From positions 3,428-67,427 of the forward strand of contig SVLE01000001.1 in NCBI GenBank assembly GCA_015068065.1: 64,000 nt of DNA, given 5' to 3'. Of the stretch, positions 18,509 to 29,666 are shown in pieces. Under the pieces are notes generated by a model that saw only the letters and a program-made list of their open reading frames with translations, was not told the origin of the DNA and ran no database searches. The translations under genes were made by a program, and so were the position numbers. This stretch comes from Oscillospiraceae bacterium (GTDB lineage Bacteria > Bacillota > Clostridia > Oscillospirales > Oscillospiraceae). How positions within the stretch are numbered: position 1 is the first letter of the stretch; the number at the start of each line of letters is the position of its first letter.

Positions 18509-18558
18509 TCGACTATAACCGCCAAATTGGCGGAAATTGTTACAAGGAGGAGAAAATA

Positions 18559-19785
18559 ATGGAGGAAAACAAAACCCTACAGCACGAAGAAGGTGCTCTG
18601 AAAGTAACCAAGCTGACCCTGTATGAAGCAATCGCCATCATCGTGGGTGCCAACATCGGTTCCGGCATCCTGGGCCTGGCCTATTCGTCCCGTCTGGCCG
18701 GCTGGCCCATTCTGGTCCTGTGGCTGATCGTAGCAGGTGTGTTTACCACGTTCTCTATGCTGTACGTGGCGGAGACCGCCCTGCGCACCAAAAAGCCGCT
18801 GCAGCTGCCCGGTCTGGCTCAGAAGTATGTGGGTAAACTGGGTTCCGTCCTGATTTTCATCTCGGTGTGCGCCAACTCCATTGGCTGCATGATCGCCTAC
18901 ACCACCGGTTCCGGCAACATTCTGTGCGAACTGTTCAACCTGCCTAACTGGGCGGGCAGCCTGATCTTCACCGTCCCCTGCGTCCTGGTCGTGTGGCTGG
19001 GCCTGAAGGCCACCGGTTTGTGGGAGAAGTTCGTTTCCACCGGCATGGTCGTTCTGCTGGGTGTGATCATCCTTGCCTCTTTCCTGTCCGGCAAGGCCGA
19101 TCCTTCCCGCGTGATGTACGCTGACTGGACCTATGCCGTACCTCTGCTGAGCAGCGCTATCTTCTGCTACATCGCTCAGTACGCCGTTCCCGAGCTGGCC
19201 CGCGGCATGCGCCACGAGGCTAAGAAGCTCCCCATTGCCATCATTGCCGGAATGTTCATCACCGGTCTGCTGCTGGCCGTTGTTCCCTTCGCCGTTCTGT
19301 CTCTGACCGGCGCTGAGAACGTGACTCAGGTTGCTACTCTGGCTTGGGGCCAGGCTCTGGGCACTTGGGCTCTGTTCACCGCCAACATCTTTGCCCTGTG
19401 CGCCATGATGACCTCTTACTGGGCTGTGGGCGGTTCCATGCTCACCAACATCGTTGACATGTTCAAGCTGAAGGACGAGCATGACAAGAAGACCCGTCTG
19501 ATCGCCATTGCCTGCACTGTCATTCCCCCCTTCATCCTGGCTTACGGTGGTTTTGTCAGCTTTGTGGACGCCATCGGTTGGGCCGGCACCTTCGGCGGCG
19601 TGATCATGTCCATCATCCCTGTCCTCATGGTCAACAAGGCCCGCAAGACCGGCGATATCGAGCCCGAGTGGAAGTGCGGCTGGTATGCCCACCCCGCCGT
19701 TCAGGCTACCATCATTGTGGTCTTCGGCGCTGCGGCGATCTACTTCATCTGCTCCATGTTCGGCATCCTGCCTGCCGGCTGGTAA
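18559..19785 (+). CDS. Amino acid permease (aromatic/hydroxy amino acid, HAAAP/APC superfamily)
   Basis: IIVGANIGSGILGLAY TM1 motif, VPELAR, about 11 TM helices; AAGGAGG RBS. Confidence 0.8.
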   Translation: MEENKTLQHEEGALKVTKLTLYEAIAIIVGANIGSGILGLAYSSRLAGWPILVLWLIVAGVFTTFSMLYVAETALRTKKPLQLPGLAQKYVGKLGSVLIFISVCANSIGCMIAYTTGSGNILCELFNLPNWAGSLIFTVPCVLVVWLGLKATGLWEKFVSTGMVVLLGVIILASFLSGKADPSRVMYADWTYAVPLLSSAIFCYIAQYAVPELARGMRHEAKKLPIAIIAGMFITGLLLAVVPFAVLSLTGAENVTQVATLAWGQALGTWALFTANIFALCAMMTSYWAVGGSMLTNIVDMFKLKDEHDKKTRLIAIACTVIPPFILAYGGFVSFVDAIGWAGTFGGVIMSIIPVLMVNKARKTGDIEPEWKCGWYAHPAVQATIIVVFGAAAIYFICSMFGILPAGW

Positions 19786-19809
19786 TGCCGGGAAAGGACG
19801 GTGCTCCTT

Positions 19810-20700
19810 ATGCGTGTTATTCCAAAAGATAAAGTCATCTTCCACTTCAACACCACCAACAAGGCCAACTATACCGTCCAGGACGGTGAGGTCTTCTGGG
19901 TGGAGGCGGATGACTGCTACTCCGGACAGATCACTGATGCCAGCGTGAAGCGCACGGATATTGACATCAGCATTATGGACTGCGCGGTTGGCCCCATCGA
20001 TGTGGAAGGGGCAGAGCCCGGCGATACCCTGTGTGTCGAGGTGATGGCAATTGATCTTGCTGACCACGGCATTATGGTGACCAACTGCGGTCTGGGTGTT
20101 CTTGGCGACCGAATTACCGAGCCGGACACCAAGATCATTCCCATCAGTGATGGTTTTGCTCACTTCTCTGACACCATCAAAATCCCGCTCACACCCATGA
20201 TCGGCGTTATGGGCGTAGCTCCCAAGTCCGGTGAGATCCACTGTGCTGTCCCCGATGATCACGGCGCCAACATGGATACCAAGCTGGTCAAGGTGGGCTC
20301 CCGGGTTTACTTCCCTGTGGCCCAGAAAGGTGCGGGGTTAGCTGTGGGCGATATGCACGCCTGCATGGGCGACGGCGAGCTGTCCGGCACGGGAATCGAG
20401 ATTGCCGGCCGTATGTGCCTGAAGGTTACGGTTTACAAGGACCGGCCCATCGAGCGGCCTGTGATCGAGACCTATGACGGCATCTACTTTCTGGCTTCCC
20501 GTCCTACGCTGGATGAGAGTATCAAGGTGGCTACTTCCGATGTGGTGGACTTTTTGATGAAGAAGCTGGATCTGAACTTCCCCGATGCCTACCGCCTGAT
20601 GAGTGCCACTTGTGACGCCCAAATCTGTGAGGTGGTGGATGACAACGTCACCGTCCGCCTGCACTGCCCTAAGTTTGACACCCGAATTCAGACACTGTAA
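19810..20700 (+). CDS. Acetamidase/formamidase-family amidase
   Basis: GPIDVEGAEPGDTL, PMIGVMGVAP, HGANMD, GDMHACMGDGE motifs; alternative GTG start at 19801. Confidence 0.9.
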   Translation: MRVIPKDKVIFHFNTTNKANYTVQDGEVFWVEADDCYSGQITDASVKRTDIDISIMDCAVGPIDVEGAEPGDTLCVEVMAIDLADHGIMVTNCGLGVLGDRITEPDTKIIPISDGFAHFSDTIKIPLTPMIGVMGVAPKSGEIHCAVPDDHGANMDTKLVKVGSRVYFPVAQKGAGLAVGDMHACMGDGELSGTGIEIAGRMCLKVTVYKDRPIERPVIETYDGIYFLASRPTLDESIKVATSDVVDFLMKKLDLNFPDAYRLMSATCDAQICEVVDDNVTVRLHCPKFDTRIQTL

Positions 20701-20724
20701 ACACAGTGTTCCGTTTCTCCACTC

Positions 20725-20765
20725 CACCCACCCCCGATGCAGATGCATCGGGGGTGGGTGTTTTT
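20725..20765 (+). terminator. Intrinsic terminator
   Basis: CACCCACCCCCGATGCA / TGCATCGGGGGTGGGTG followed by T5. Confidence 0.85.
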
Positions 20766-20866
20766 GCGGGAAAGGCTTGGAACAATAAGGTTTACAGGAG
20801 AAACAAGAAATGATACAATTAATAAAATATAGGTTTGCTATGTGAATGAGGAGAGGGGGGATTCCC

Positions 20867-21964
20867 TTGAACAGGAAACGCGTATGTATTTACTGCCAGA
20901 AATGGGAATCCGGTGGGATCGAGTCATTCCTGTATAATGTGTTGTCCCGCACAGATCTATCCGCACTTGAGGTTGACCTTGTGGTGGAACAGCTGGGCGA
21001 GAGCGTGTTTACACAGCGGCTGCGGGAAAAGGGAATTTGTTTTGTTGAATTGTCCGGAAGTGTCCGCCGCGCAAAAGAAAATGAAAGGGCCTTTCGGCGG
21101 CTGCTTGCTGTGGGGAACTACAGTGCCGTTTGGCTGAATGTGTATCAGGGGATGGCACTGCGGTATTTGCGTATGGCAAAGACTGCGGGGGTTGGTGTGC
21201 GGATCGCGCACAGCCACAACACCGATTTGCGCCAAAGCCATACGCGGGAAATCAAGCTATGGCTGCATCGGCGTTACAGTAAGATTTACGCAAAAGATGC
21301 AACGGCCCTTTGGGCGTGTTCGGAGGCGGCGGCGAAGTTTATGTTTTTGCCCACATTGCTGCAGGAACGCGGCTACACCTTTATTCCCAATGGGATTGAA
21401 ACAGAACGTTTTCGATTTGACCCCGCTGTGCGGGAAACGGTGCGGCAGGAGTTGGGATTAAACGACCGCTTTGTCATTGGTAATGTGGGACGACTGTGCT
21501 ATCAGAAAAATCAGTCGTTTTTGCTGGATGTGCTGGTGGAGGCGCGAAAACTCCGCCCGGAAAGCTGCCTGTTGCTGGTGGGCGATGGCGAGGACCGCCA
21601 GATGCTGGAAGAGAAGGCACAGGCGTTGGGCATTGCAGACTATGTAATGTTCTGCGGCACCACCAATCAAGTTGAAAAACTGTTTTGGGCTATGGATGTG
21701 TTTGCGTTTCCCAGCCGGTTTGAGGGGCTGGGGATCGTAGCGGTGGAGGCACAGGCGGCAGGGCTGCCGGTGGTTTGTTCGCAATACGTTCCCCAAGAGG
21801 CGAGCGTGACGGCCAGATTGAGAAAGCTTCCGCCGACGGCTGCGACAACATGGGCTGAAGAACTGTGTGGCAGCGTTGGAACGGAGCGGGAACTGGGCGC
21901 GCAAGAAGTTTTCTGCGCAGGGTTTGATGTGAATGCCGTGGCCAAGGCGGTAAAATGGTCTTAA
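20867..21964 (+). CDS. GT4 glycosyltransferase (EpsF-like)
   Basis: GGIESF, RIAHSHN, GNVGRLCYQKNQ, PSRFEGLGIVAVEAQ (EX7E); start uncertain (TTG 20867 or ATG 20846). Confidence 0.85.
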   Translation: MNRKRVCIYCQKWESGGIESFLYNVLSRTDLSALEVDLVVEQLGESVFTQRLREKGICFVELSGSVRRAKENERAFRRLLAVGNYSAVWLNVYQGMALRYLRMAKTAGVGVRIAHSHNTDLRQSHTREIKLWLHRRYSKIYAKDATALWACSEAAAKFMFLPTLLQERGYTFIPNGIETERFRFDPAVRETVRQELGLNDRFVIGNVGRLCYQKNQSFLLDVLVEARKLRPESCLLLVGDGEDRQMLEEKAQALGIADYVMFCGTTNQVEKLFWAMDVFAFPSRFEGLGIVAVEAQAAGLPVVCSQYVPQEASVTARLRKLPPTAATTWAEELCGSVGTERELGAQEVFCAGFDVNAVAKAVKWS

Positions 21965-22037
21965 AAGGAAAACGGCCTTTTGGGGATGCCGCCCATAAAG
22001 GGTGCATGGTCACCTGTGAAATAGGAGAAATAGCTGT

Positions 22038-25000
22038 ATGGATAGGCAACCTGCAACAATCAATATCGCCATGATTTGCGATGATAATTATGCATTATGT
22101 ACGGGCGTGGCGATAACATCGCTGAAGACGCACAGAGCGGCAGGAAGAGAATATTGTATTTACATCCATTGTGATGGGGTATTGGAAGAGAAAAAGAATC
22201 TCTTTTTAGCAATGTCTGAGCCCGGGTTTGAGATTCGCTTAATTGATGTGGTCAAAAAAAAGCCGCTGCGCGCCTTGGGGCGAATGGCTTATGCCAAACA
22301 CGTTTCCCCCTCGGCGTTATATAAGTTTGATCTTCCGCAGACGCTGGGAAGACTGGACAAGGTTTTATATCTTGACGGAGATCTGATCATTCGAGACTCC
22401 CTTGAAGATCTTTATGATCTGGATATTTCCGATTGTTATGCTGCTGTATGCAAAGACATCGGCGCGGAAACATACCCGTCCCACTATAATTCGAGGCTGA
22501 AAATTCAACATAGCGGCTATTTCAATTCCGGTGTGATGCTGCTCAACCTGAAAATGCTCAGGCGGGATAAGATTTCGGATAAACTGTTGGAATACAAATT
22601 GAAAGGCATTAACCACTTTATGGATCAGGATGCGTTCAATGTTGTGTTCCAAGAAAAAGTGAAATATTTCTCTTTTCTTTACAACATGGGGATTTCCTGT
22701 TGGAGAGACCGGTCGGGAGCTGTACTGGCAGATTACTACGATCTGCCGGGATATAGCAGTAATCAGTTGTTCCGGGAGGCAAAGATCCTTCATCTGTCGG
22801 CACCTGAAAAGCCATGGCTTTATTATGATGCTATCGCGGCAGAGGAATGGTTTGTTCATTTTATCCGTTCGCCCTTCAGGCAGATGGAGCTGAATAGACG
22901 CGCCAATCCGGCGGCAAGAAACAAAATGACAACCGACTGCAACTACCGGGAAATTTGCTACGGCGATTCCTATCGTTCCGGAGCAGATGATGTGTTGGTG
23001 TCCGTAGTTATTCCTGTTTACAATGCCGAGAAGTATCTGCATAACTGTGTGGAGAGCCTGATGTCGCAAACACTCACGCAGGCAGAGTTTATTTTTGTGG
23101 ATGATGAGTCTTCCGACAGCTCTGTTTCCATCCTTAAACACTATCAGAAGCTGGATGACCGGATTCAAATTTATCAGCAAAAAAATGCCCGCGCAGGTAT
23201 TGCCCGAAATAACGGAATGTCCCACGCCACGGGCAAGTACATTACGTTTTTGGATAGCGATGACATTATGCTTCCCGATGCGCTGGAGGCCTTTTTTGCT
23301 CAGGCGGAAAAGACGAATGCCGATATCGTGATCTCCGCGGCATATTATTTTTCCGATGATGTCAAAAAACGAATTATCGCGGAGTGGTGTTTGCGGGAGA
23401 ACTATTTGCCCAAAACAGAGGTGTTCTCGGTTGACACGCATGCAAAATATATCTTTCAGGTGTCTGCGGGCGCTCCCTGGGGAAAACTGTATCGAAGCAG
23501 TTTTTTAAGAGAACACGGACTCTATTTTCCCAACGCCCCAAGAGCAGAGGATTTCTTTTTTGTTTACTGGGCATTCGCTGCAGCGGAACGCATTACGACG
23601 ACCAGAGAGAAGACCGTGCTTTACCGAATTGTGGCGGGCAACGGAAGTCTTGAGGACCAAAAAGACCGATATCCGACGGCCCAGAGTGACGTGCGCAAAC
23701 AGTTATGGGAAAAGTTAAACGAAATAGGCGTTTACAACAAGGTCGAACAAAGCTTTATTAATAATACGGTGAATGGCCTAGTATACCATTTGCGGGGGTT
23801 CAAAACCGCGCAGGCTTTTGAGGCACTATATAACGAATTTAAGAATGTACAATGCTCCCTGTTTAAAATAAACATGGAAAATGAAGCGTATTATTATTCA
23901 AAGAGTGAGTATACCTATTTGAAAAAAGTGTACGATTCAGACAGTGCTGCAGATTTCTGGTCAAAGCAATATCGAAGACTGAAGAATGATACTGACTATT
24001 ATTTGGGAGAGCCGCAGAAGACATCTGCGGGCAATATACCGGAGGGTATGAGCGTTGAAGCGATGGCCAGAGAGCTTGCGTTCTATCGCAGTGAAATTGA
24101 TGCGATACATATGTCCTGGTCTTACCGTATCGGACGCCTCATTACCTGGTTGCCGAGAATGGTTCGGGGTGGGATTCGCTGTTATCACGAGCATGGTGCC
24201 CGCTATACTTGGGAGCGCATACTGATTCACCTCCATCTGAAGCGGGAGTGGAATGCGCAGAAAAAAGTGTTTCCTGCGGCATCGGTGAAAGCAAAACCGG
24301 AACCTTCTCGTGCGCTTTTGACCGCCGAACAAAAAGCAAATAAGGACTATGATTACTATTACGGCCTCTCTCCGGACAAATATAAGGAAGAAGTTGAAGA
24401 ATGGTACAAAAGGATTACGGGGGAGAAGCTTGATTTGGATGCCCCGAAAACCTTTAACGAGAAAATCCAGTGGTTGAAGCTGTATGACAGTACGCCGCTG
24501 AAAACAAGGTTGGCCGACAAGTACTTGGTCCGTGACTGGGTAAAGGAAAAAATCGGGGAAGAATATCTCATTCCGCTGTTGGGAGCATGGGAGTCGTTTG
24601 ATGAAATCGATTTTGACAAGCTGCCGGATCAATTTGCATTAAAGGCAAATCATGGCAGTGGTTGGAATGTGATCGTCAAGGACAAGGCGCAGTTTGATAA
24701 AGAGACAGCAAAGAAAAAATTTGACGTTTGGATGAAAAAAAACTTTGCTTTTGTTTATGGACTGGAACTTCACTACATGAACATTCCACCTAAAATTATT
24801 GCCGAGCAGTACATTCAAAATGCGGACGGATTGATTGATTATCGCTTCTATTGCTTCAATGGGAAGCCTGCACAGGTGTGGGTAGATATTTACAGCGGAA
24901 CCGCGCGGCATATGCGGTCCGTTTACGACATGGAGTGGAACCTGCTTCCGCTGAAGTGCACCTGGCCCGAAGGTGGAGAGATTCTTAGTAAAAAGCCGAA

Positions 25001-25220
25001 GAATTTCGAAAAAATGAAAGAGTTCGCAGCGCTGCTCAGTGAAGGTTTTGCTTTTGTACGGGTTGATTTTTTTGAGGTGGATGAACAACTCTACATGGGT
25101 GAAATGACATTTACACCAATGGGTGGAACGGGGAAGTTTGAGCCGAAAGACTGGGACTTCAGACTAGGAGAAATGTTGATGTTGCCAGACAAAAGCCCGG
25201 TTCCGGAAAGAAAGTTTTGA
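22038..25220 (+). CDS. Multidomain GT8 - GT2 - TupA-like ATP-grasp protein
   Basis: GT8: [28 protein letters not shown]; GT2: [24 protein letters not shown]; ATP-grasp: [48 protein letters not shown]. Confidence 0.85.
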   Translation: MDRQPATINIAMICDDNYALCTGVAITSLKTHRAAGREYCIYIHCDGVLEEKKNLFLAMSEPGFEIRLIDVVKKKPLRALGRMAYAKHVSPSALYKFDLPQTLGRLDKVLYLDGDLIIRDSLEDLYDLDISDCYAAVCKDIGAETYPSHYNSRLKIQHSGYFNSGVMLLNLKMLRRDKISDKLLEYKLKGINHFMDQDAFNVVFQEKVKYFSFLYNMGISCWRDRSGAVLADYYDLPGYSSNQLFREAKILHLSAPEKPWLYYDAIAAEEWFVHFIRSPFRQMELNRRANPAARNKMTTDCNYREICYGDSYRSGADDVLVSVVIPVYNAEKYLHNCVESLMSQTLTQAEFIFVDDESSDSSVSILKHYQKLDDRIQIYQQKNARAGIARNNGMSHATGKYITFLDSDDIMLPDALEAFFAQAEKTNADIVISAAYYFSDDVKKRIIAEWCLRENYLPKTEVFSVDTHAKYIFQVSAGAPWGKLYRSSFLREHGLYFPNAPRAEDFFFVYWAFAAAERITTTREKTVLYRIVAGNGSLEDQKDRYPTAQSDVRKQLWEKLNEIGVYNKVEQSFINNTVNGLVYHLRGFKTAQAFEALYNEFKNVQCSLFKINMENEAYYYSKSEYTYLKKVYDSDSAADFWSKQYRRLKNDTDYYLGEPQKTSAGNIPEGMSVEAMARELAFYRSEIDAIHMSWSYRIGRLITWLPRMVRGGIRCYHEHGARYTWERILIHLHLKREWNAQKKVFPAASVKAKPEPSRALLTAEQKANKDYDYYYGLSPDKYKEEVEEWYKRITGEKLDLDAPKTFNEKIQWLKLYDSTPLKTRLADKYLVRDWVKEKIGEEYLIPLLGAWESFDEIDFDKLPDQFALKANHGSGWNVIVKDKAQFDKETAKKKFDVWMKKNFAFVYGLELHYMNIPPKIIAEQYIQNADGLIDYRFYCFNGKPAQVWVDIYSGTARHMRSVYDMEWNLLPLKCTWPEGGEILSKKPKNFEKMKEFAALLSEGFAFVRVDFFEVDEQLYMGEMTFTPMGGTGKFEPKDWDFRLGEMLMLPDKSPVPERKF

Positions 25221-25230
25221 GGACAGAATC

Positions 25231-26463
25231 ATGAACATCACAGTTGTCGGTATCGGCTATGTGGGCCTGGCCAACGCCATCCTTTTGGCCCAGCACAATC
25301 AAGTGACTGCCGTGGATCTGGCGCAGTCCAGAGTGGATATGATAAACGAAAGGAAGTCTCCTCTGGCGGATGCAGAAATCGAGGAATATCTGGCCGGCAG
25401 GCCCCTTGATCTGACGGCGACCACCGATGGAGACGGTGCCTTTCGGGGTGCGGAGTATGTGGTCATTGCTACCCCGACCAACTATGATCCGGTTAAAAAC
25501 TATTTCGATACGTCCTCTGTAGAGTCGGTCATTCAGCAGGTCATAAAGATCAATCCAAAGGCCGTCATTGTGGTGAAGTCCACGGTCCCCGTGGGCTTCA
25601 CCATGAATGTTCGCAAACAGTACGGGTGCGACAACATTATTTTCTCCCCCGAATTCCTGCGGGAGGGAAAGGCGTTATACGACAACCTTTATCCCTCGCG
25701 CATCATCGTGGGCGCGCCGATGGATGATCCGCGCCTTGCGACTGCGGCACGGGAATTTGCGGACCTGCTGAAACAGGGGGCGCTGAAAGAGAATGTGCCT
25801 GTTCTGCTGACCAACCCTACTGAAGCGGAAGCGGTCAAACTCTTTGCCAATACATATCTGGCATTGCGGGTTTCCTTTTTTAACGAATTGGACTCCTATG
25901 CAGAGATAAATGGTCTGGACACCAGACAGATCATTGAAGGTATAGGGTATGATCCGCGTATCGGAAACTATTACAACAATCCCTCTTTCGGGTACGGCGG
26001 ATACTGCCTTCCCAAGGACGCCAAGCAGCTGCGCGCCAATTTTGACCGGGTGCCAAACAACATCATTGGAGCGATCGTAGACGCGAACAGTACGCGCAAA
26101 GATTTTATCGCCGAGCGGGTGCTGGAAAAAGCGGGGTTTTACGGCGCTGGCGGGCAGGGACGCAACGGAACTTCCGGCAACCCATGCGTGATCGGCATTT
26201 ACCGGTTGACGATGAAAGCAAATTCGGACAATTTCCGCCAGTCCAGCATTCAGGGAGTCATGAAGCGCCTGAAGGCAAAAGGGGCCGAAGTGCTCATTTA
26301 TGAGCCGACGCTGAACGAAGAAGAATTCTTTGGGAGCAAGGTCATTCGCGACTGGGAACGCTTTAAGGAACTGAGCCAGGTGATCATTGCAAACCGATAC
26401 AGTCCGGACCTGGAATCGGTCATGGATAAGGTATATACAAGAGACCTCTACTTCAGGGATTGA
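25231..26463 (+). CDS. ugd: UDP-glucose 6-dehydrogenase
   Basis: [48 protein letters not shown]. Confidence 0.95.
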   Translation: MNITVVGIGYVGLANAILLAQHNQVTAVDLAQSRVDMINERKSPLADAEIEEYLAGRPLDLTATTDGDGAFRGAEYVVIATPTNYDPVKNYFDTSSVESVIQQVIKINPKAVIVVKSTVPVGFTMNVRKQYGCDNIIFSPEFLREGKALYDNLYPSRIIVGAPMDDPRLATAAREFADLLKQGALKENVPVLLTNPTEAEAVKLFANTYLALRVSFFNELDSYAEINGLDTRQIIEGIGYDPRIGNYYNNPSFGYGGYCLPKDAKQLRANFDRVPNNIIGAIVDANSTRKDFIAERVLEKAGFYGAGGQGRNGTSGNPCVIGIYRLTMKANSDNFRQSSIQGVMKRLKAKGAEVLIYEPTLNEEEFFGSKVIRDWERFKELSQVIIANRYSPDLESVMDKVYTRDLYFRD

Positions 26464-26478
26464 TTTGGAGGAAACCCC

Positions 26479-27246
26479 ATGCTTCAAAAGTTGCTTCAGC
26501 ACCGTTTCCTTTTTGAGGAACTGGTCAAACGTGATTTTAAAAAGAAATACAAGCGCACGGTTCTGGGCATGGCTTGGAGCGTGCTGTCTCCGCTGCTGAC
26601 CCTGCTGGTCATGCGGCTGGTTTTCACACAGTTTTTTGGCCGGACCATGGCCCACTACACCACCTATCTGTTCTGCGGGAATCTGGTGTTTTCCTATTTC
26701 GGTGAGTCGACAACTCAGGGTATGACCTCCCTTATGGGGAATGCGGGCATATTTACAAAAGTCAACGTGCCCAAATATCTGTTCCTGCTGTCCAAGGACG
26801 TGCAGACTCTCATCAACTTCGGGCTGACCCTGTGCGTGTTTTTCCTGTTCTGCGTGCTGGACGGGATCACGTTCACGTGGAAGTTCGTTCTGCTGCTGTA
26901 TCCCATTGGCTGTCTGGTGCTGTTCAACATGGGTGTGGGACTGGTCCTGTCGGCCCTGTTCGTCTTCTTTCGGGACATCCAGTATCTGTGGTCGGTATTT
27001 ACCCAGCTGCTGATGTACATGTCTGCCATTTTTTACAACATTGACGGTTACAGCCCCGTGGCGCAGAACCTGTTCCTGCTCAATCCGGTGTATCTGTTCA
27101 TTCGCTACTTCCGCAAGATCGTTATTGAGGCAACGATTCCCTCGGTCTGGTTCCATTTGCTCATGGCGGCGGATGTTTTGATCGTGGTGGGCTTCGGCTG
27201 TTGGATGTACAAAAAGTATAATCATCGCTTTTTATACTATGTGTAA
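26479..27246 (+). CDS. Polysaccharide export ABC-2 permease (Wzm/TagG-like)
   Basis: ELVKRDFKKKYKRTVLGMAWSVLSP, FFRDIQYLW, LNPVY. Confidence 0.9.
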   Translation: MLQKLLQHRFLFEELVKRDFKKKYKRTVLGMAWSVLSPLLTLLVMRLVFTQFFGRTMAHYTTYLFCGNLVFSYFGESTTQGMTSLMGNAGIFTKVNVPKYLFLLSKDVQTLINFGLTLCVFFLFCVLDGITFTWKFVLLLYPIGCLVLFNMGVGLVLSALFVFFRDIQYLWSVFTQLLMYMSAIFYNIDGYSPVAQNLFLLNPVYLFIRYFRKIVIEATIPSVWFHLLMAADVLIVVGFGCWMYKKYNHRFLYYV

Positions 27247-27262
27247 TGTGGGGGCGTGTGAA

Positions 27263-28012
27263 ATGAGCATTCTGCAAGTGGAAAACGTCTCCATTCGGTA
27301 CATGACGGGAGATTTCAAGGACATTGGACTGAAGGAATACATCATGCGCCGGCTGAAGAACAATTATCGGGTCAAGGAGTTCTGGGCGGACCGGCACATC
27401 ACCTTTTCTCTGGAAAAGGGGGAGATGCTGGGGATCATCGGAACCAACGGCGCGGGTAAGTCCACCCTGTTGAAAGCGGTCTCCGGAATCATGGAACCCA
27501 CCGAGGGGTGGGTGAAGCGAGAGGGGACTATCGCCGCTCTGCTGGAACTGGGCAGCGGCTTTGACGGGGACCTGACCGTGCGGGAGAATACCTATCTGCG
27601 GGGGGCCATGCTGGGTTACACCCGAAAGTTCATGAATGAGACCTATGACCAGATCATTGACTTTGCGGAGCTGGGCGACTTTCAAGACCGGCCCTTCAAG
27701 CAGCTGTCTTCGGGAATGAAGTCCCGGTTGGCATTCGCCATAGCGTCACTGGTCAATCCGGATATTCTGATTTTGGATGAGGTGATTTCGGTCGGTGACG
27801 GTGCGTTCCGCAAAAAGAGCGAGGCCAAGATGAAGGAGATCATTACCGGCGGCGCAACTACGATTCTAGTCTCCCACTCTATTGCTCAGGTGCGGGAGCT
27901 GTGCAGCAAGGTGCTGTGGCTTCACAAGGGGGAGCAGATCGAATTCGGCAGCGATGTGCCGGGTATCTGCGACCGCTATCAGGAATTTTTGGACGGCAAA
28001 CGGAAGCTGTGA
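27263..28012 (+). CDS. Polysaccharide export ABC ATPase (Wzt/TagH-like), no C-terminal extension
   Basis: GTNGAGKST, LSSGMKSRLAF, ILILDEVISVGD. Confidence 0.9.
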   Translation: MSILQVENVSIRYMTGDFKDIGLKEYIMRRLKNNYRVKEFWADRHITFSLEKGEMLGIIGTNGAGKSTLLKAVSGIMEPTEGWVKREGTIAALLELGSGFDGDLTVRENTYLRGAMLGYTRKFMNETYDQIIDFAELGDFQDRPFKQLSSGMKSRLAFAIASLVNPDILILDEVISVGDGAFRKKSEAKMKEIITGGATTILVSHSIAQVRELCSKVLWLHKGEQIEFGSDVPGICDRYQEFLDGKRKL

Positions 28013-28082
28013 GACAACGCGGCTGCCCGGAACACTCCGGGCAGCCGCTGCGTGTCGCAAGATCCGGGAACGGAGGTGTGCT

Positions 28083-28586
28083 ATGCACAATGAACTGACA
28101 CAAAAGGATATCCAGCTAATGAAAGAGGAGCTGGATTACCGCCGCATTCAGTTACGGCCTCAGTTGCTGGAGGAGGTCAAGACCGCCCGGGCTTTTGGGG
28201 ACCTGAGCGAGAATTTTGAGTATAAGGCGGCAAAGCGGGACAAAAACCGCAACGAGAGCCGCATCCGATATCTGGAAAATATGATCAAGACCGCTGTGGT
28301 GATCACCGGGGAAGCGGATGCGGACAAAGTGGGACTGTTTGATTTTGTTACCGTCTGGGTGGAGGAGGACGAGGAGGAACAGGAGTACCAGTTGGTCACC
28401 ACCGTGCGGCAGGATGCCCTGAAAAACCGCATCAGCAACCAGTCGCCCTTTGGCAAGGCGGTGCTGGGCAAACGGGTGGGAGACCGGCTGTATATTGAGG
28501 TCAATGAGAACTATGGCTATTATGTGGTCATCCGCGCCATCAAAAAAGGCGAGGATGACGGATCCATCCCCATCAACAGCTTTTGA
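28083..28586 (+). CDS. greA: GreA/GreB-family transcription elongation factor
   Basis: ARAFGDLSENFEYKAAK, ISNQSPFGKAVLG; GGAGG RBS. Confidence 0.85.
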   Translation: MHNELTQKDIQLMKEELDYRRIQLRPQLLEEVKTARAFGDLSENFEYKAAKRDKNRNESRIRYLENMIKTAVVITGEADADKVGLFDFVTVWVEEDEEEQEYQLVTTVRQDALKNRISNQSPFGKAVLGKRVGDRLYIEVNENYGYYVVIRAIKKGEDDGSIPINSF

Positions 28587-28590
28587 AAAT

Positions 28591-28624
28591 AAATGGCACA
28601 CTCCGAGAGGAGTGTGCCATTTTT
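28591..28624. terminator. Bidirectional intrinsic terminator
   Basis: AAATGGCACACTCC-gaga-GGAGTGTGCCATTT between convergent genes. Confidence 0.85.
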
Positions 28625-28625
28625 C

Positions 28626-29654
28626 TCAGTTGAACTTGTAAATTTTTCTCGTCAGGCGGTAGATGGCCAGAGACAGCTTTCGGCCGGGGGCGGTGGGCAG
28701 ATTGGTCAGCGCGGGGACGGAGAAGAACCGCATGCGGGTATAGAGCTTTTTGTCCACGCTGCGGATATACTCCCACAGTCGGGTTCGTTTTTCCAATGCC
28801 TCGGGTGTGCCCTCCATAGTCAGGAAGATGGAGGAGACGGCCACCATGATAGCCAGATAGTTGAACATATACCACCCCAGCATTTTGGACTTGGCGGATA
28901 CGGCGCGCAGGTCGTGGGAGTCGATCATGTGATAGTTGACCCGCAGCTGCTGATCCACCCGGGACAGCATGACCTTTTCATTGATGGACTGATCGGACCG
29001 GCCGATAAAGTAGCGGTACAGATCCACATCCAGATAATACATGTTGCGCACATAGGGCAGGGGCTGGTAGACGAAGATGTTATCTACGTAGAACGTGTGC
29101 TTGGGCAGTTCCACGCCGCAGTCCCGCAGCAGCTGGGTGCGGTAGATGACGGAATGCATCAGCAGATACTGACCCGGACGGAATGGCTTGGTGGCCTCCC
29201 AACTGAACATACGGCCCGCAGGGAATACGTTTCGGTAATGAGCCACGCGCTGGGTGTTGTCCTCCACATGCTCGTAGACATAGTTGCAGATGAGCATATC
29301 CACCGGCTTTTCATCCCGGGTGAACTGGCGCAGCTTGTCCAGTGCCTTGTGCAGGGCGTCCACATCCACCCAGTCGTCTGAATCCACCACCTTGTAGTAG
29401 AAACCGCGGGCGTTGCGCAGACCCTGATTGACACCCTCGCCGTGGCCGCCGTTTTCCTGATGGATGGCCCGGACGATGTTGGGATGTTTGGCGGCGTAGC
29501 GGTCGCAGATCTCTGCGGTGTTGTCCTTGGTGGAGCCGTCATCCACCAGAATGATCTCGATGTCGTCGCCTCCCTGAAGCAGGGTGTCCACACAGTGCTC
29601 CATATAGGCGGCGGAGTTGTAGCAGGGGACGGCGAAGGTAATGAGCTTATCCAT
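28626..29654 (-). CDS. GT2 glycosyltransferase (candidate galactofuranosyltransferase)
   Basis: VPCYNS, VDDGS, NGGHG, VVDSDDW; directly downstream of glf. Confidence 0.85.
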   Translation of the reverse strand: MDKLITFAVPCYNSAAYMEHCVDTLLQGGDDIEIILVDDGSTKDNTAEICDRYAAKHPNIVRAIHQENGGHGEGVNQGLRNARGFYYKVVDSDDWVDVDALHKALDKLRQFTRDEKPVDMLICNYVYEHVEDNTQRVAHYRNVFPAGRMFSWEATKPFRPGQYLLMHSVIYRTQLLRDCGVELPKHTFYVDNIFVYQPLPYVRNMYYLDVDLYRYFIGRSDQSINEKVMLSRVDQQLRVNYHMIDSHDLRAVSAKSKMLGWYMFNYLAIMVAVSSIFLTMEGTPEALEKRTRLWEYIRSVDKKLYTRMRFFSVPALTNLPTAPGRKLSLAIYRLTRKIYKFN

Positions 29655-29666
29655 GCAAATCTCCTT

